This document shows, one piece after another, positions 31,501-40,653 of a DNA stretch of 54,275 nt. Position 1 is the stretch's first letter, and every line of letters starts with the position of its first letter. Under the pieces are notes generated by a model. It saw nothing but the letters and a program-made list of their open reading frames with translations. It had not been told where the DNA came from and made no database searches. The position numbers and the translations under genes were made by a program. The stretch is from assembly GCA_004796365.1 (NCBI GenBank), contig QZLE01000162.1, forward strand, positions 1 through 54,275. Direction: 5' to 3'. Source of the stretch: Gammaproteobacteria bacterium (lineage in GTDB: Bacteria; Pseudomonadota; Gammaproteobacteria; QZLD01).

Positions 31501-33168
31501 TGATTTTTCTGTAAGGGTAACTAAAGCGCTACCATTTGTGCCAAGATCATGTGAAGATCCCTGAGCATACCATCTTGTAACCGTAGTACCCCCCCAGCAG
31601 AAAGTCCCCCAACAGGTGCCGCCTTCAGTTGTTGTCTCACTATAAGCTCTACCAGCAGTCTCATGCTGTGAAGCTGTAGATGTGAACTCTGGGCAGTTAG
31701 ATCTTGCACCCTCAAGTGCAGCTTTAGCATTTACCAATCCACCACTTCTTACTTTACCCGCAAGCTGAGACATTGGTTTAGAGGTATTCATAAGGATTGC
31801 CTTGGATGCAGCTGCAGACAAAGAAGGTGTTTCCGCTTTCATTAGTGTAGCAACACCTGCTACATGTGGTGCCGCCATTGAGGTACCGTTATAAAAATCA
31901 TACTGGTTCCCAGGAATGGTACTTCTAACCAGAACACCTGGCGCAGCAATATCAGTGCTGTGAAAACCGTAGTTGCTAAATGAAGGTATTTCACCATTTG
32001 GATCCATGGCAACAACACTAACAACATTCGGTAGATTCATTCCTGATGGAACCGGATATTTGTCTTCATCAAGGTTAGCTTTTTCGTTTCCTGCAGCAGC
32101 TACAAAAAGCATGTCCGCTTCACCAGCAGCTTGAATAGCGTCATGATATGGTTTTAGGGCTAGTTCTGCGTACATTGAATCCGGCAAAAGCATTCCATAA
32201 CTATTATTGGAAACCATGGCACCGTTATCAGCTGCGTAAAGAATCCCTTCAATAATATCTGATGTATAACCCCAGCCTTCGTCATTAAGGACCTTTACAG
32301 CCATCAACTGTGCACTCCAGGCAACACCGGTAATACCAGTTCCGTTGTTGCCTTCTGCAGCAATGGTTCCGGCACAGTGAGATCCATGACCATGGACATC
32401 CATCGGGTCACTATCATGATATGCAAAGTCATATCCGTTAACATCATCAATATAACCATTGCCATCGTCATCAATGCCATTACCAGCAATCTCACCAGGG
32501 TTGATCCATATATTAGAACTAAGGTCTGGGTGGTTATAGTCAACACCTGTATCTATAACTGCTACAACAACATCGCTGGCCTCGGTGCGGATATCCCAGG
32601 CTTCAGGGGCATCAATATCAACATCTGCAGTTGCTTCAAAAGAAAAGGAGTAGCCATTGCCGTCATCATATGTGATTGTACCCCCCTGGTTATCAAGCCC
32701 CCACAGCTCTCCACCCATATCATTTGGTGTACTCTGTACCTTCAAGCGAAGGTTAGGCGCGACATATTCTACATTAGGGTCATTTCTTAGCGCGACAAAC
32801 TTATTGGAAATGCCATCACCACTATCAAAAGTCACAACTTTCCAGCTGGAGATCTTTTCTTTGATACCTGCAAGTTTGGCCGCCGGATTAAAAATATCCT
32901 TTACAGATTTAAAACCAGAAAAAGTTTGCAGAACCGATGCTGGTTGCTGAATTGAAGGTTTGAATTTAACCAAAAGCTCATTTGCCTTCATTTGCCCTGT
33001 TTTGATCATCTTGTCGAAATCAGGCTTCCAGTTTGGATCAATTTTGGCAGGTTTAATATTTGAAAGTAACGCAGGGGTTGTCTGGTCATGTTCAATCGGA
33101 CCAGCCTGTCCTGCAAAGGATGCAGTTGCATGTGCAGCAAATAATGCGAAAGCTAATATACGTTTCAT
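28579..33168 (-). CDS. Secreted S8 serine protease 2, paralog of protease 1 with one extra Ig-like domain
   Basis: Signal peptide MKRILAFALFAAHATASFA; triad VIDTG / HGSHCAGTI / GTSMAAPHVAG; same domain order as 23958..28187. ATG 33168 (or 33174). Confidence 0.92.
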   Translation of the reverse strand: MKRILAFALFAAHATASFAGQAGPIEHDQTTPALLSNIKPAKIDPNWKPDFDKMIKTGQMKANELLVKFKPSIQQPASVLQTFSGFKSVKDIFNPAAKLAGIKEKISSWKVVTFDSGDGISNKFVALRNDPNVEYVAPNLRLKVQSTPNDMGGELWGLDNQGGTITYDDGNGYSFSFEATADVDIDAPEAWDIRTEASDVVVAVIDTGVDYNHPDLSSNIWINPGEIAGNGIDDDGNGYIDDVNGYDFAYHDSDPMDVHGHGSHCAGTIAAEGNNGTGITGVAWSAQLMAVKVLNDEGWGYTSDIIEGILYAADNGAMVSNNSYGMLLPDSMYAELALKPYHDAIQAAGEADMLFVAAAGNEKANLDEDKYPVPSGMNLPNVVSVVAMDPNGEIPSFSNYGFHSTDIAAPGVLVRSTIPGNQYDFYNGTSMAAPHVAGVATLMKAETPSLSAAASKAILMNTSKPMSQLAGKVRSGGLVNAKAALEGARSNCPEFTSTASQHETAGRAYSETTTEGGTCWGTFCWGGTTVTRWYAQGSSHDLGTNGSALVTLTEKSPGYFVNDGSCDAALDVPPVITLEGLVEEFVRVGAAYNAPGFTATDAEDGDLTAQVQIQGEVDTSVAGDYIIKYSVTDASGNSAIETRLIHVRASSTPSIVLNDPYCLFIGPCWPMTVVVNTEFAEPGYIAYDILQGDLTDRVTTTGDVLNKLDAIGNRGMVHYELIDLEGTYYKEEGYFRYVYVVHHDNPLITSVEGGEYYHTFQTYRRDNGSVNPGGDHPEYFANAPDAVDHVDGTLSEDNFTIDNPVDYSVAGDYLVTFTATDSDGYTDQVYSLVQVIEDITPPEIKPQCDQHKIVELNSDWEATKFCIIADDELDPYPTREFVSNVDITTPGEYQVVYTVTDFSGNSDTWTMDVTVVDGSTPSLTSMVAEGGPRSITISGTAYDPDNNIEKVEVLVHRVEGWNDWVEVDGTEEWSVTINDVEPDVYGYTARARVTDSTGLVSNPYKGIGTVREILVWDPKIETVNVEIVGKDIIVSGTASDATGDLDRVQLSIVIDGIMHQDIVADGTYNWTYTFEDMGKGSYDINVYAYDAAGNISPKETITARVGFNQPVIDAFDVVGGELSVTVTGSASDPDGDLARILIGIGDSPEWHIANGTENFSLTVTGIAPGTKQVRIWALDAEDNGTVEETTVEVLPASCAEFTATLAQHESAGRAYSETTIEGQTCWGTFCYGGTEVTTWYAQGSGEELGKDGSTVVTLIENPVGSGNYEQGECPDLPMPPVIESYQIVENSYYQAVVTGVASDPNNDIDYVVLGLGAVSGVLCEGKESFTCTLDYEEFGFEVGAELSVHVSARDLRGEYSNIEHFTLVRPEQQASVPPVISNIQQVREGTVEVVTVTVSDVDDDLDRVFLYRIDDIGVVECNNTGGDQFRCDMQLQGTDYATMTWKVRAIDLAENVADSAEFTVVWEEVIQTCFTATNSEHVSAGRAEMRYNVLVYALGSGDYLGMDGDTTSLEQQGQPGNWVKVSSCP

Positions 33169-33364
33169 AATCATTGTCCAATAAGTTAGTGTCCAAAACC
33201 TATTAGATTCCTTTCCAATGAGGTTATAAGTTAATCTGCTTTCAGCCTTAAACCGGGAAAACAGAAACATTTAGACTGATTCAGTTTTTGAGCAGGGAAA
33301 CAAAAATAAACCCATCTAAGGGACTAGTCCATTTAGCCACAAGCGAATTTTAACCACAAAAAAA

Positions 33365-33380
33365 CGTGACGTACAACACA
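33365..33380. promoter_or_regulatory. Degenerate CRP-type site upstream of protease 2
   Basis: CGTGA-CGTACA-ACACA, with the same AACCACA flank at the same spacing as the site upstream of protease 1. Confidence 0.45.
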
Positions 33381-33429
33381 CTTTGGGAAATTTAATAATA
33401 CGTTCACATAACAAGATCAAGCCAAAGGG

Positions 33430-36400
33430 TTATATCTTTTTAATAATGCCTATCTGCTTTTCAATACGCTTGGCTGAGACTGGTATTGATGTCTTTAGCT
33501 CCTGAGCGAATACCGAGACTCTGAATTCTTCCAGCATCCATCGTAGTTGCACCACTTCTTTTATATCGCCATATTCCTGTAGCAACTTTTGATACTGCTC
33601 TGCAAAAGGAAACACCTCATTCATCCACTGGGCGTCGCGTTTTGGGTCGTATTCCAACTTTTCTGCCCTGACTTCTAAAGCATTAATAAAGCGAGGAAGG
33701 TGTTCTAGCCATTCAATTGGTGTTGCACTAATAAATCCTGAATAAATCAAAGATGTGAGTTGTGCGTCTATTTCCTGATAGATCTTTACAAACGATAAAT
33801 TAACACAGCCTTTTAGAGACTTGCGCAATTTGTGAGCAGATGCGAGCGCTTTTTCTGCCACAGCTGCGATGCGGTTCAAAACCGGAATTAGCTCTGCCTT
33901 GTTATTTTCACACAGCAGCTCATATTCACATTTGCTGCGCGGTAGTTCTTTATCGCTGATAAATACCTTTTCAAATACTGCATCGGTTATATCATTTCGT
34001 AGCTCTTCTTTTTTGCCAATTGCAGTATAATACAGTGCCATACGCTCAAAGTTTGGGATGTTTTTATTTATATACCTGGCCTGCTCTTTAAAGCGAATTT
34101 GCAGCAATCGTAACAACCCTTCTTTGCTACGCTGTATCGCATGTTCACGATCAAACATAAGCTTAAGCGAAATAATATCACCATGAACTACGATTGCCGG
34201 AAACGCATTAATTAATACGCCGCCACGATTCACCTCCAGTTCCTTTGGCAATTCATCAAAATCCCACCCTTTTATGTCATCGCGCTCGAATGGCGAATCT
34301 ACTTCTGCATTCAACGCGAGCTTGATCTGCATAGCAAAGTCACGCTGCAGTTTTATTAGATCGCGCCCTGCTCCAAGTAGTTTACCATTTTCATCCACCA
34401 CACGGATATTCATCAACAGATGGGGAGGAATCTGTACCTCTTGCCACATATCACGACTTACTTCCACTCCTGTCATCCGTTTCAGTTCACGAGATATAAA
34501 CGACAGCATCGCACCCTGTTTATCCTGCGGCAAAGCACACTCCATTAGCGCCTTGGCAAATTCTGGAACCGGTACAAAATTTTTGCGCGCTTTCTTAGGA
34601 AGCGCCTTGATGAGATGGATTAGTTTTTCCTCCAGCATTCCCGGTACCAGCCAGTTTAACTGTTCCTGCGAAATCTGATTCAGTGTTACTAATGGGGCAG
34701 TTATGGTTACGCCATCCCGAGGGTGCCCTGGCTCAAAATGGTAGTCGAGCATAAACGGGATATCATCAAGGATAATTCGGTCTGGAAATTGCTCCTCGGT
34801 AACATCTTCAGCAGCATGTTTCATTAACTCATCTTTGGTCATTACCAGGGAGTTCAAAGTCTTATCATCAGCCTTTTTCAGCCACTTTTCCAGTGCCGCC
34901 TTACTGTTGATTTGCGAAGGAATTCGCTCGTCGTAGAAATCAAATATTCTGTCTTCATCAACCAGAATATCCTTGCGGCGCGATTTGGATTCAAGCAGGT
35001 TTATCTCTTCCAAAGTCTCACGATTCTTGCGAAAAAAAACTGCACGCAAATCAATATCCTGATTAACAAGCGCGCTACGGATAAACACCTCACGCGCAGT
35101 CACAGGATCCAACTGACCAAAGTTGACCTTTTTCTTCGGATTAATAGTCAGACCGTAAAGAGTAACCCTGTCAAAGGCGATTACCTGCCCACGCTTCTTT
35201 TCCCAATGCGGTTCGAAATAATGGTGCTTACAAAGGTGAGCACCAACCTGCTCGATCCATTGCGGTTCAATTTTAGCTACGGTGCTGGCAAAAAGATTTG
35301 AGGTTTCGATAAGCTCTGAAGCCATTATCCATTTGGGTTGTTTTTTTACCAGGGTTGAGCCGGGGAAGATACGCAGTTTGTTATTTCTGGCACCGGTATA
35401 TTCGTTTCTGTCGGTGACAACCGCAACATTGCCTAGCAAACCTGCCAATAATGACCGATGTATTGACTCATATTCTGCAGGCTGCTCATTGATCTTGAAT
35501 TTATGATCACATACCTGTTGCTTTAACTGCTTATAGACATCGATCCATTCACGCATACGTAAATAGGAAATAAAGTTTTCCTTACACCATTTGCGTAATT
35601 TGTTCTGCGAGAGCTGCTTGTTCTGTTTATGATACTCGTTCCACAGATTTTGATAGAACTGAAAATCTGAAAGTTCTGTATTAAACTGGCGATGTGCTTC
35701 ATCGGCAGCTCCCTGCCTTTCAAAGGGACGGTCACGCGGATCCTGAGTTCCCAAGGCACTGCCAATTATCAGAAGTTCATGCAGGCAGTTGTTCTCAGCC
35801 GCCGCCAAAAGAATTCTGGAGATGCGCGGATCTACCGGAAAGGTAGCTAGTATGCGCCCTACTTTTGTTATCTCGTTGTTAATATCAACTGCACCAAGTT
35901 CCTGCAGCAGTCGATATCCATCATTAATATATCGACTATCTGGCGGCTCAACGAATGGGAAGTCCTCAATATTACCTAAACGCAGAAACTTCATCTGTAG
36001 AATAACCGAAGCCAGATTGGTACGCAGTATCTCCGGCTGAGTAAACTCAGACTGGTTTAGAAAATCATCCTCAGAATATAGGCGGATACATACACCGGAG
36101 CTTACACGTCCACAGCGCCCCATTCTTTGATTGGCACTAGCCTGTGAAACCTGTTCTATCGGCAAGCGTTGCACCTTGGTACGGTAACTATAGCGGGAAA
36201 TCCGCGCCCTACCGGTATCAATCACATATTTTATACCAGGAACGGTCAAAGACGTCTCGGCAACATTAGTTGCAAGTACAATTCTTCTGCCACCATGAGG
36301 GGCAAATACCTTCATCTGTTCTGCCGGGGAAAGGCGTGCAAATAGCGGTACTATCTCTGCTGTCGGTTGTGATTTTCTTAAGAAATCGGCAGCTTCGCGG

Positions 36401-37323
36401 ATATCGCGTTCGCCCGGAAGGAATACCAGGATATCACCGCTACTAATTCTACCAAGCTCGCTCACGGCATCATCAATCCCCTGCAGCTGATCTTTGTCAT
36501 CCATATCCGGATCTTCATGATATAGTGGACGATAACGGGTCTCAACCGGATAGGTTCTGCCGGATACTTCGATAATCGGTGCATCATCAAAGTGTTTGGA
36601 AAAGCTCTCTGGATCAATGGTAGCCGAGGTTATTATTACCTTAAGATCGGGGCGCTTCGGTAGTAACTGTTTCAGATACCCCAGAAGAAAATCGATATTC
36701 AAGCTGCGCTCATGCGCCTCGTCGATAATAATGGTGTCGTATTCATTCAAAAAACGGTCGGTCTGAGTCTCTGCCAAAAGGATACCGTCTGTCATCAGTT
36801 TGACCAGGCTCTCCTTTTTTACTTGATCGGAAAAGCGCACCTTAAAACCAATCTGATTTCCAAGTTCAACATTAAGCTCTTCCGCAATGCGTTTGGAAAC
36901 ACTGCGTGCAGCAATTCTACGCGGCTGAGTGTGACCTATCTTGCCGTTAATGCCTCTGCCAATCTCAAGGCAGATCTTTGGAAGCTGCGTGGTTTTACCA
37001 GATCCAGTTTCACCACAAATAATCACCACCTGATTGCCTTTAATTAGCTCAGATATTTCAGATCTTTTGTCACTTACAGGAAGAGATTCATCATAGCTAA
37101 TCTCTGGAACAGACTTTGTGCGTTTCTCTAGAGACTCTTTAGAAAGCTCAATTTCAAAACTAAGTTTTTCAAAACCTTGATCAATTGGTTTATTCTCTTT
37201 TAACCTTCGCTCCAAGCCATGAAGTCGTTTTTTAAAGCCAAAACGATCTGCAAAGATACATTTCTGTATCTCTTTTTTTAGGGCCTGTAGTTGCGCAGGT
37301 GCGTTTTCCAATGATTCAACCAA
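33430..37323 (-). CDS. hrpA: ATP-dependent RNA helicase HrpA
   Basis: GETGSGKTTQLPK, TQPRRIAA, DEAHERSLNIDF, SAT, TNVAETSLT, QRMGRCGR; C-terminal RWMLEEFRVSVFAQEL. Confidence 0.97.
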   Translation of the reverse strand: MVESLENAPAQLQALKKEIQKCIFADRFGFKKRLHGLERRLKENKPIDQGFEKLSFEIELSKESLEKRTKSVPEISYDESLPVSDKRSEISELIKGNQVVIICGETGSGKTTQLPKICLEIGRGINGKIGHTQPRRIAARSVSKRIAEELNVELGNQIGFKVRFSDQVKKESLVKLMTDGILLAETQTDRFLNEYDTIIIDEAHERSLNIDFLLGYLKQLLPKRPDLKVIITSATIDPESFSKHFDDAPIIEVSGRTYPVETRYRPLYHEDPDMDDKDQLQGIDDAVSELGRISSGDILVFLPGERDIREAADFLRKSQPTAEIVPLFARLSPAEQMKVFAPHGGRRIVLATNVAETSLTVPGIKYVIDTGRARISRYSYRTKVQRLPIEQVSQASANQRMGRCGRVSSGVCIRLYSEDDFLNQSEFTQPEILRTNLASVILQMKFLRLGNIEDFPFVEPPDSRYINDGYRLLQELGAVDINNEITKVGRILATFPVDPRISRILLAAAENNCLHELLIIGSALGTQDPRDRPFERQGAADEAHRQFNTELSDFQFYQNLWNEYHKQNKQLSQNKLRKWCKENFISYLRMREWIDVYKQLKQQVCDHKFKINEQPAEYESIHRSLLAGLLGNVAVVTDRNEYTGARNNKLRIFPGSTLVKKQPKWIMASELIETSNLFASTVAKIEPQWIEQVGAHLCKHHYFEPHWEKKRGQVIAFDRVTLYGLTINPKKKVNFGQLDPVTAREVFIRSALVNQDIDLRAVFFRKNRETLEEINLLESKSRRKDILVDEDRIFDFYDERIPSQINSKAALEKWLKKADDKTLNSLVMTKDELMKHAAEDVTEEQFPDRIILDDIPFMLDYHFEPGHPRDGVTITAPLVTLNQISQEQLNWLVPGMLEEKLIHLIKALPKKARKNFVPVPEFAKALMECALPQDKQGAMLSFISRELKRMTGVEVSRDMWQEVQIPPHLLMNIRVVDENGKLLGAGRDLIKLQRDFAMQIKLALNAEVDSPFERDDIKGWDFDELPKELEVNRGGVLINAFPAIVVHGDIISLKLMFDREHAIQRSKEGLLRLLQIRFKEQARYINKNIPNFERMALYYTAIGKKEELRNDITDAVFEKVFISDKELPRSKCEYELLCENNKAELIPVLNRIAAVAEKALASAHKLRKSLKGCVNLSFVKIYQEIDAQLTSLIYSGFISATPIEWLEHLPRFINALEVRAEKLEYDPKRDAQWMNEVFPFAEQYQKLLQEYGDIKEVVQLRWMLEEFRVSVFAQELKTSIPVSAKRIEKQIGIIKKI

Positions 37324-37484
37324 ATAATTTGAAACGGGGAACTATACACAATTAAGAGATCAATCTCTATTCACCATAGGCAGATTTACAGATATGTATC
37401 CATTTATTCAAAATATTCTTAACTTGTAGGTTACTATAGATTAATGTATTTACTTTCAATCAAATGATACCCAGATATTTTTCT

Positions 37485-37985
37485 ATGAACATCGAAATCA
37501 AAGAAGTAAAAGAACTTTCGCAGATCGAATCTGTAGCAATACTTGCTGATGAAATATGGACTGAACACTACACATCTATCATCGGATCAGACCAAGTCAG
37601 ATACATGGTAGATAAGTTTCAAAGCAATAAAGCTATTTCTGCACAAATTGACGATGGCTGCAATTATTATCTTGCTTACATTAATGGCGATCCTGTCGGC
37701 TATATCACACTAATCATAGATAACACCAAGCATGAAGTCATGATTAGTAAGATTTATGTAAAAAGCAAGATAAGAAAAAATGGTATTGGGCAAAAATTTA
37801 TTGAGCTAGCGGAAAGCGAATGCAAAAGAAATAACCATACAAAGATATGGCTAACTGTTAATCGTTTTAATACAACTTCAATAGACTGGTACAAAAAACA
37901 GGGCTTTTCTGTTATTAACGAGATAAAAAAAGATATAGGTAACGGGTTTGTGATGGACGATTATGTTATGGAAAAGATTTTTTAA
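37485..37985 (+). CDS. GNAT family N-acetyltransferase
   Basis: EIWTEHY..IIG..QV.YM, ISKIYV...RKNGIG (motif A), IWLTVNRFN...WYKKQGF, DIGNGFVMDDYVMEK. Start 37464 or 37485. Confidence 0.9.
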   Translation: MNIEIKEVKELSQIESVAILADEIWTEHYTSIIGSDQVRYMVDKFQSNKAISAQIDDGCNYYLAYINGDPVGYITLIIDNTKHEVMISKIYVKSKIRKNGIGQKFIELAESECKRNNHTKIWLTVNRFNTTSIDWYKKQGFSVINEIKKDIGNGFVMDDYVMEKIF

Positions 37986-38032
37986 CTCTTTGTGCTAAAT
38001 TCTATCTATAGTCAATCTTTAGGGAGAAAAAT

Positions 38033-38440
38033 ATGGCTTTGATGGAATGGAACGACAATATGAGCGTGGGTCTGGAAACTGCAGATATTCACCACAAAAA
38101 ACTTGTCAGCATGGTTAACTCTTTACATGAGGCGATGCTAAAAGGGGAAACCAAAGAAGTACTTGCCAAGATTTTACATGCATTAATTGTATATACCGAA
38201 AAACACTTCGAATACGAAGAGGGATTATTTAAAACAAATAACTACCCTGATTATGACTCGCACAAGCGTGAACACGATGAATTAACTGCTCAAGTAAAGT
38301 CCCTTAATGATGAGTTCAACTCGGGAAGTATTTCTCTTAGTATCGAGGTAATGACTTTCCTGAAAAACTGGCTTACTGAACATATCATGGATTCAGACAT
38401 GAAGGCTGGAAAATACCTGAATAGCAAGGGTGTTCATTAA
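38033..38440 (+). CDS. Bacteriohemerythrin
   Basis: W...MSVG...D.HH, HFEYEE, HKREH, WLTEHIMDSD di-iron ligand set; GGAG RBS. Confidence 0.95.
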   Translation: MALMEWNDNMSVGLETADIHHKKLVSMVNSLHEAMLKGETKEVLAKILHALIVYTEKHFEYEEGLFKTNNYPDYDSHKREHDELTAQVKSLNDEFNSGSISLSIEVMTFLKNWLTEHIMDSDMKAGKYLNSKGVH

Positions 38441-38451
38441 CGCTAACTTTC

Positions 38452-38472
38452 TTGGGGGCTATCTGCCCCCAA
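38452..38472. terminator. Hairpin between convergent hemerythrin and MBL-fold genes
   Basis: TTGGGGGC-TATCT-GCCCCCAA; U tails weak. Confidence 0.55.
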
Positions 38473-38492
38473 TACCGCTTTATTACTAATCT

Positions 38493-39329
38493 CTAAATAT
38501 TTATCTCCATACCAGCGTAACCTAGCTGTAGCATCTCCCCCATCTCCAGCTGCATCAATCTGATAGCATTATCACCCGTGCAGTGACAGGGAACTATCTT
38601 TGCAACCCCAAAGTTACCAAATACCTCAATAGTCCGACTGATCCTTTCCTGTGTGGCATTAACCAGATGAAGCCCACCAATAACCATGTATATATTTTTA
38701 CTAAACAGTGCCTTTACATGATCCATGGTATTCACTATGCCTGAATGGCAGCAGCCGGTTAAAATCACCAGCCCTTTATCTGTATCCATACATACAGACT
38801 GATCATCATAGATAATATCTACAGCTTCCTTTTGCTTGTCTAAATAAAATGGTCCGCCAGTATCCTCATAGGTGTTATTTCTTGGTATCTCACCGGTAAT
38901 AAATACTTTTTCAGATACCTGCACCATATCTGTTGATATTATTTTCTGCTCATCCGGCAGTGAATGGATAGCTTCAAGCTGCTGCTGTTTGATAGATATA
39001 TCTCTTGCTTCAACTCCCGGGTGTATCGAATATCTTGTTTCAAAGATATCCGGGTGGGCATATATATCTATCGCTTTTGATTGTGAAACTATCTCATCTA
39101 TGGAACCTGTATGGTCATAATGACCATGGCTTAATATAAGTTTATTGATTTGAGATAGAGGCACTTTGAATTTAGCCAGGTTGTGCTTAAAGGCATCACC
39201 CTGACCGCAGTCAAACAGTATCTTTTGATTACCGTCATCTATCAATACCGAGAAACCATGCTCTGACAAATATCCATCACTGGCGTTATTATCAACTACG
39301 ATTTTCAGACTTATACCGTTATCAAGCAT
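38493..39329 (-). CDS. MBL-fold metallo-hydrolase (COG1237-like)
   Basis: EHGFSVLI, ILFDCGQ, LSHGHYDHTG, DDQS, TGCCHSGIVN, IGGLHL, PCHCTG. Start 39329 preferred. Confidence 0.9.
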   Translation of the reverse strand: MLDNGISLKIVVDNNASDGYLSEHGFSVLIDDGNQKILFDCGQGDAFKHNLAKFKVPLSQINKLILSHGHYDHTGSIDEIVSQSKAIDIYAHPDIFETRYSIHPGVEARDISIKQQQLEAIHSLPDEQKIISTDMVQVSEKVFITGEIPRNNTYEDTGGPFYLDKQKEAVDIIYDDQSVCMDTDKGLVILTGCCHSGIVNTMDHVKALFSKNIYMVIGGLHLVNATQERISRTIEVFGNFGVAKIVPCHCTGDNAIRLMQLEMGEMLQLGYAGMEINI

Positions 39330-39351
39330 AATCAATTCTCTCATCAAGCTA

Positions 39352-39690
39352 TCAGTGATCACATGTATTAGCCCCTGATACTAATGTTTTATCCAGCAGT
39401 GACTTTACAAGATTCTGCGGAGTCTCAACCGGAGCACCTACAATCACTTCAATATTTTTGTCCTGAAACAGCTGCTGTGCTCTTGACCCCATACCTCCGG
39501 CAATAATGATCGCCACATTTTTTTCATTTAACCAGCGCGGTAATAAACCAGGTTCATGCGGAGGAGCATCAATGATCTCTTCACCAATTATACTTTTGTC
39601 TTCAGTATTAACCTCTACAAGGACAAATTGATCACAATGCCCAAAGTGGATACATAGTTTCTCTTCTCTTACAGGTATAGCTACTTTCAT
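39352..39690 (-). CDS. NifB/NifX (FeMo-co biosynthesis-like) family protein, like the ORP domain of Mrp-ORP
   Basis: MKVAIP...CIHFGHC..F, PPHEPGLLPRWL, IIAGGMG.RA, C-terminal CDH. Confidence 0.88.
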   Translation of the reverse strand: MKVAIPVREEKLCIHFGHCDQFVLVEVNTEDKSIIGEEIIDAPPHEPGLLPRWLNEKNVAIIIAGGMGSRAQQLFQDKNIEVIVGAPVETPQNLVKSLLDKTLVSGANTCDH

Positions 39691-39720
39691 GTTATCTCCT
39701 TTGATTATTTAGTCATGTGT

Positions 39721-40593
39721 TTATTGTTCAACCCAGTTCTTTACGTTAAACCAGATATTCTCAATCTCTTTAATACATTTACTGTTACCATATTCGACTA
39801 TTGATTTACCCTGAATCTGCGCATCTACCATGCTCTGGTCGCTGGATATTTTTCCAACATATTTAGCTTTTGAACCAAAGCAGATCTTTTTTATCTTGCG
39901 TGCATTATCCGGATTTATATCGTACCGATTCACCGCTACCAATGTTTCGATACCGAAATGGTCTGTTAACTCCAGAGCTCGGTTAAGATCGTGTATGCCT
40001 GACATGGTTGGTTCGGTAATAACTAATACACAATCTGCCCCACTTATTGATGCAATAACAGGGCACCCGATCCCGGGAGGACCATCTACCAGAATCAGAT
40101 TTTTACCATTTTCCTGCGCACATTTTTTGGCTTCTTCTTTAATTAATGAAACCAGGCGCCCTGAATTCTCAGCCGCTATTCCAAGCTTTGCGTGGATCAT
40201 TGGTCCATATTTTGTTTTTGATTTGAACCACTCTCCACAGTCCCGAGGCTGAAAGTCTATTGCACCAGCTGGGCATAAAAAATCACATAATCCACACCCC
40301 TCACACATGGCACTGTCAACCTTCCATGTACCATCAACTGAGCGAATTGCCCCAAATTTGCAGTGCTTAACGCAAATACCACAGTTTTTACATTGATCCT
40401 GTTTTATTGCAGCAAGTTTTCCGCTTATAAAGCGTTCTCTCTTTTCAACCTCTGGGCTTAGCAGTATATGCAGGTCTGCAGCATCTACATCACAATCAAC
40501 TATAACGCTGTTTTGCGCAAGTGCTGTAAGGGAGGCAGTTATACTGGTCTTTCCAGTTCCACCCTTACCACTGATAATTACTATCTCTTTCAT
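39721..40593 (-). CDS. MinD-superfamily P-loop ATPase with inserted 2x[4Fe-4S] ferredoxin domain
   Basis: ISGKGGTGKT, DCDVDAADL, CKNCGICVKHC, CEGCGLCDFLCP, ENSGRLV, DGPPGIGCPV, TEPT. Confidence 0.93.
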   Translation of the reverse strand: MKEIVIISGKGGTGKTSITASLTALAQNSVIVDCDVDAADLHILLSPEVEKRERFISGKLAAIKQDQCKNCGICVKHCKFGAIRSVDGTWKVDSAMCEGCGLCDFLCPAGAIDFQPRDCGEWFKSKTKYGPMIHAKLGIAAENSGRLVSLIKEEAKKCAQENGKNLILVDGPPGIGCPVIASISGADCVLVITEPTMSGIHDLNRALELTDHFGIETLVAVNRYDINPDNARKIKKICFGSKAKYVGKISSDQSMVDAQIQGKSIVEYGNSKCIKEIENIWFNVKNWVEQ

Positions 40594-40653
40594 GACTTAA
40601 TCATCTCTTTCATTTCAAGATCTTTTAAACTCACCTTTTATGCCTGATACTGC

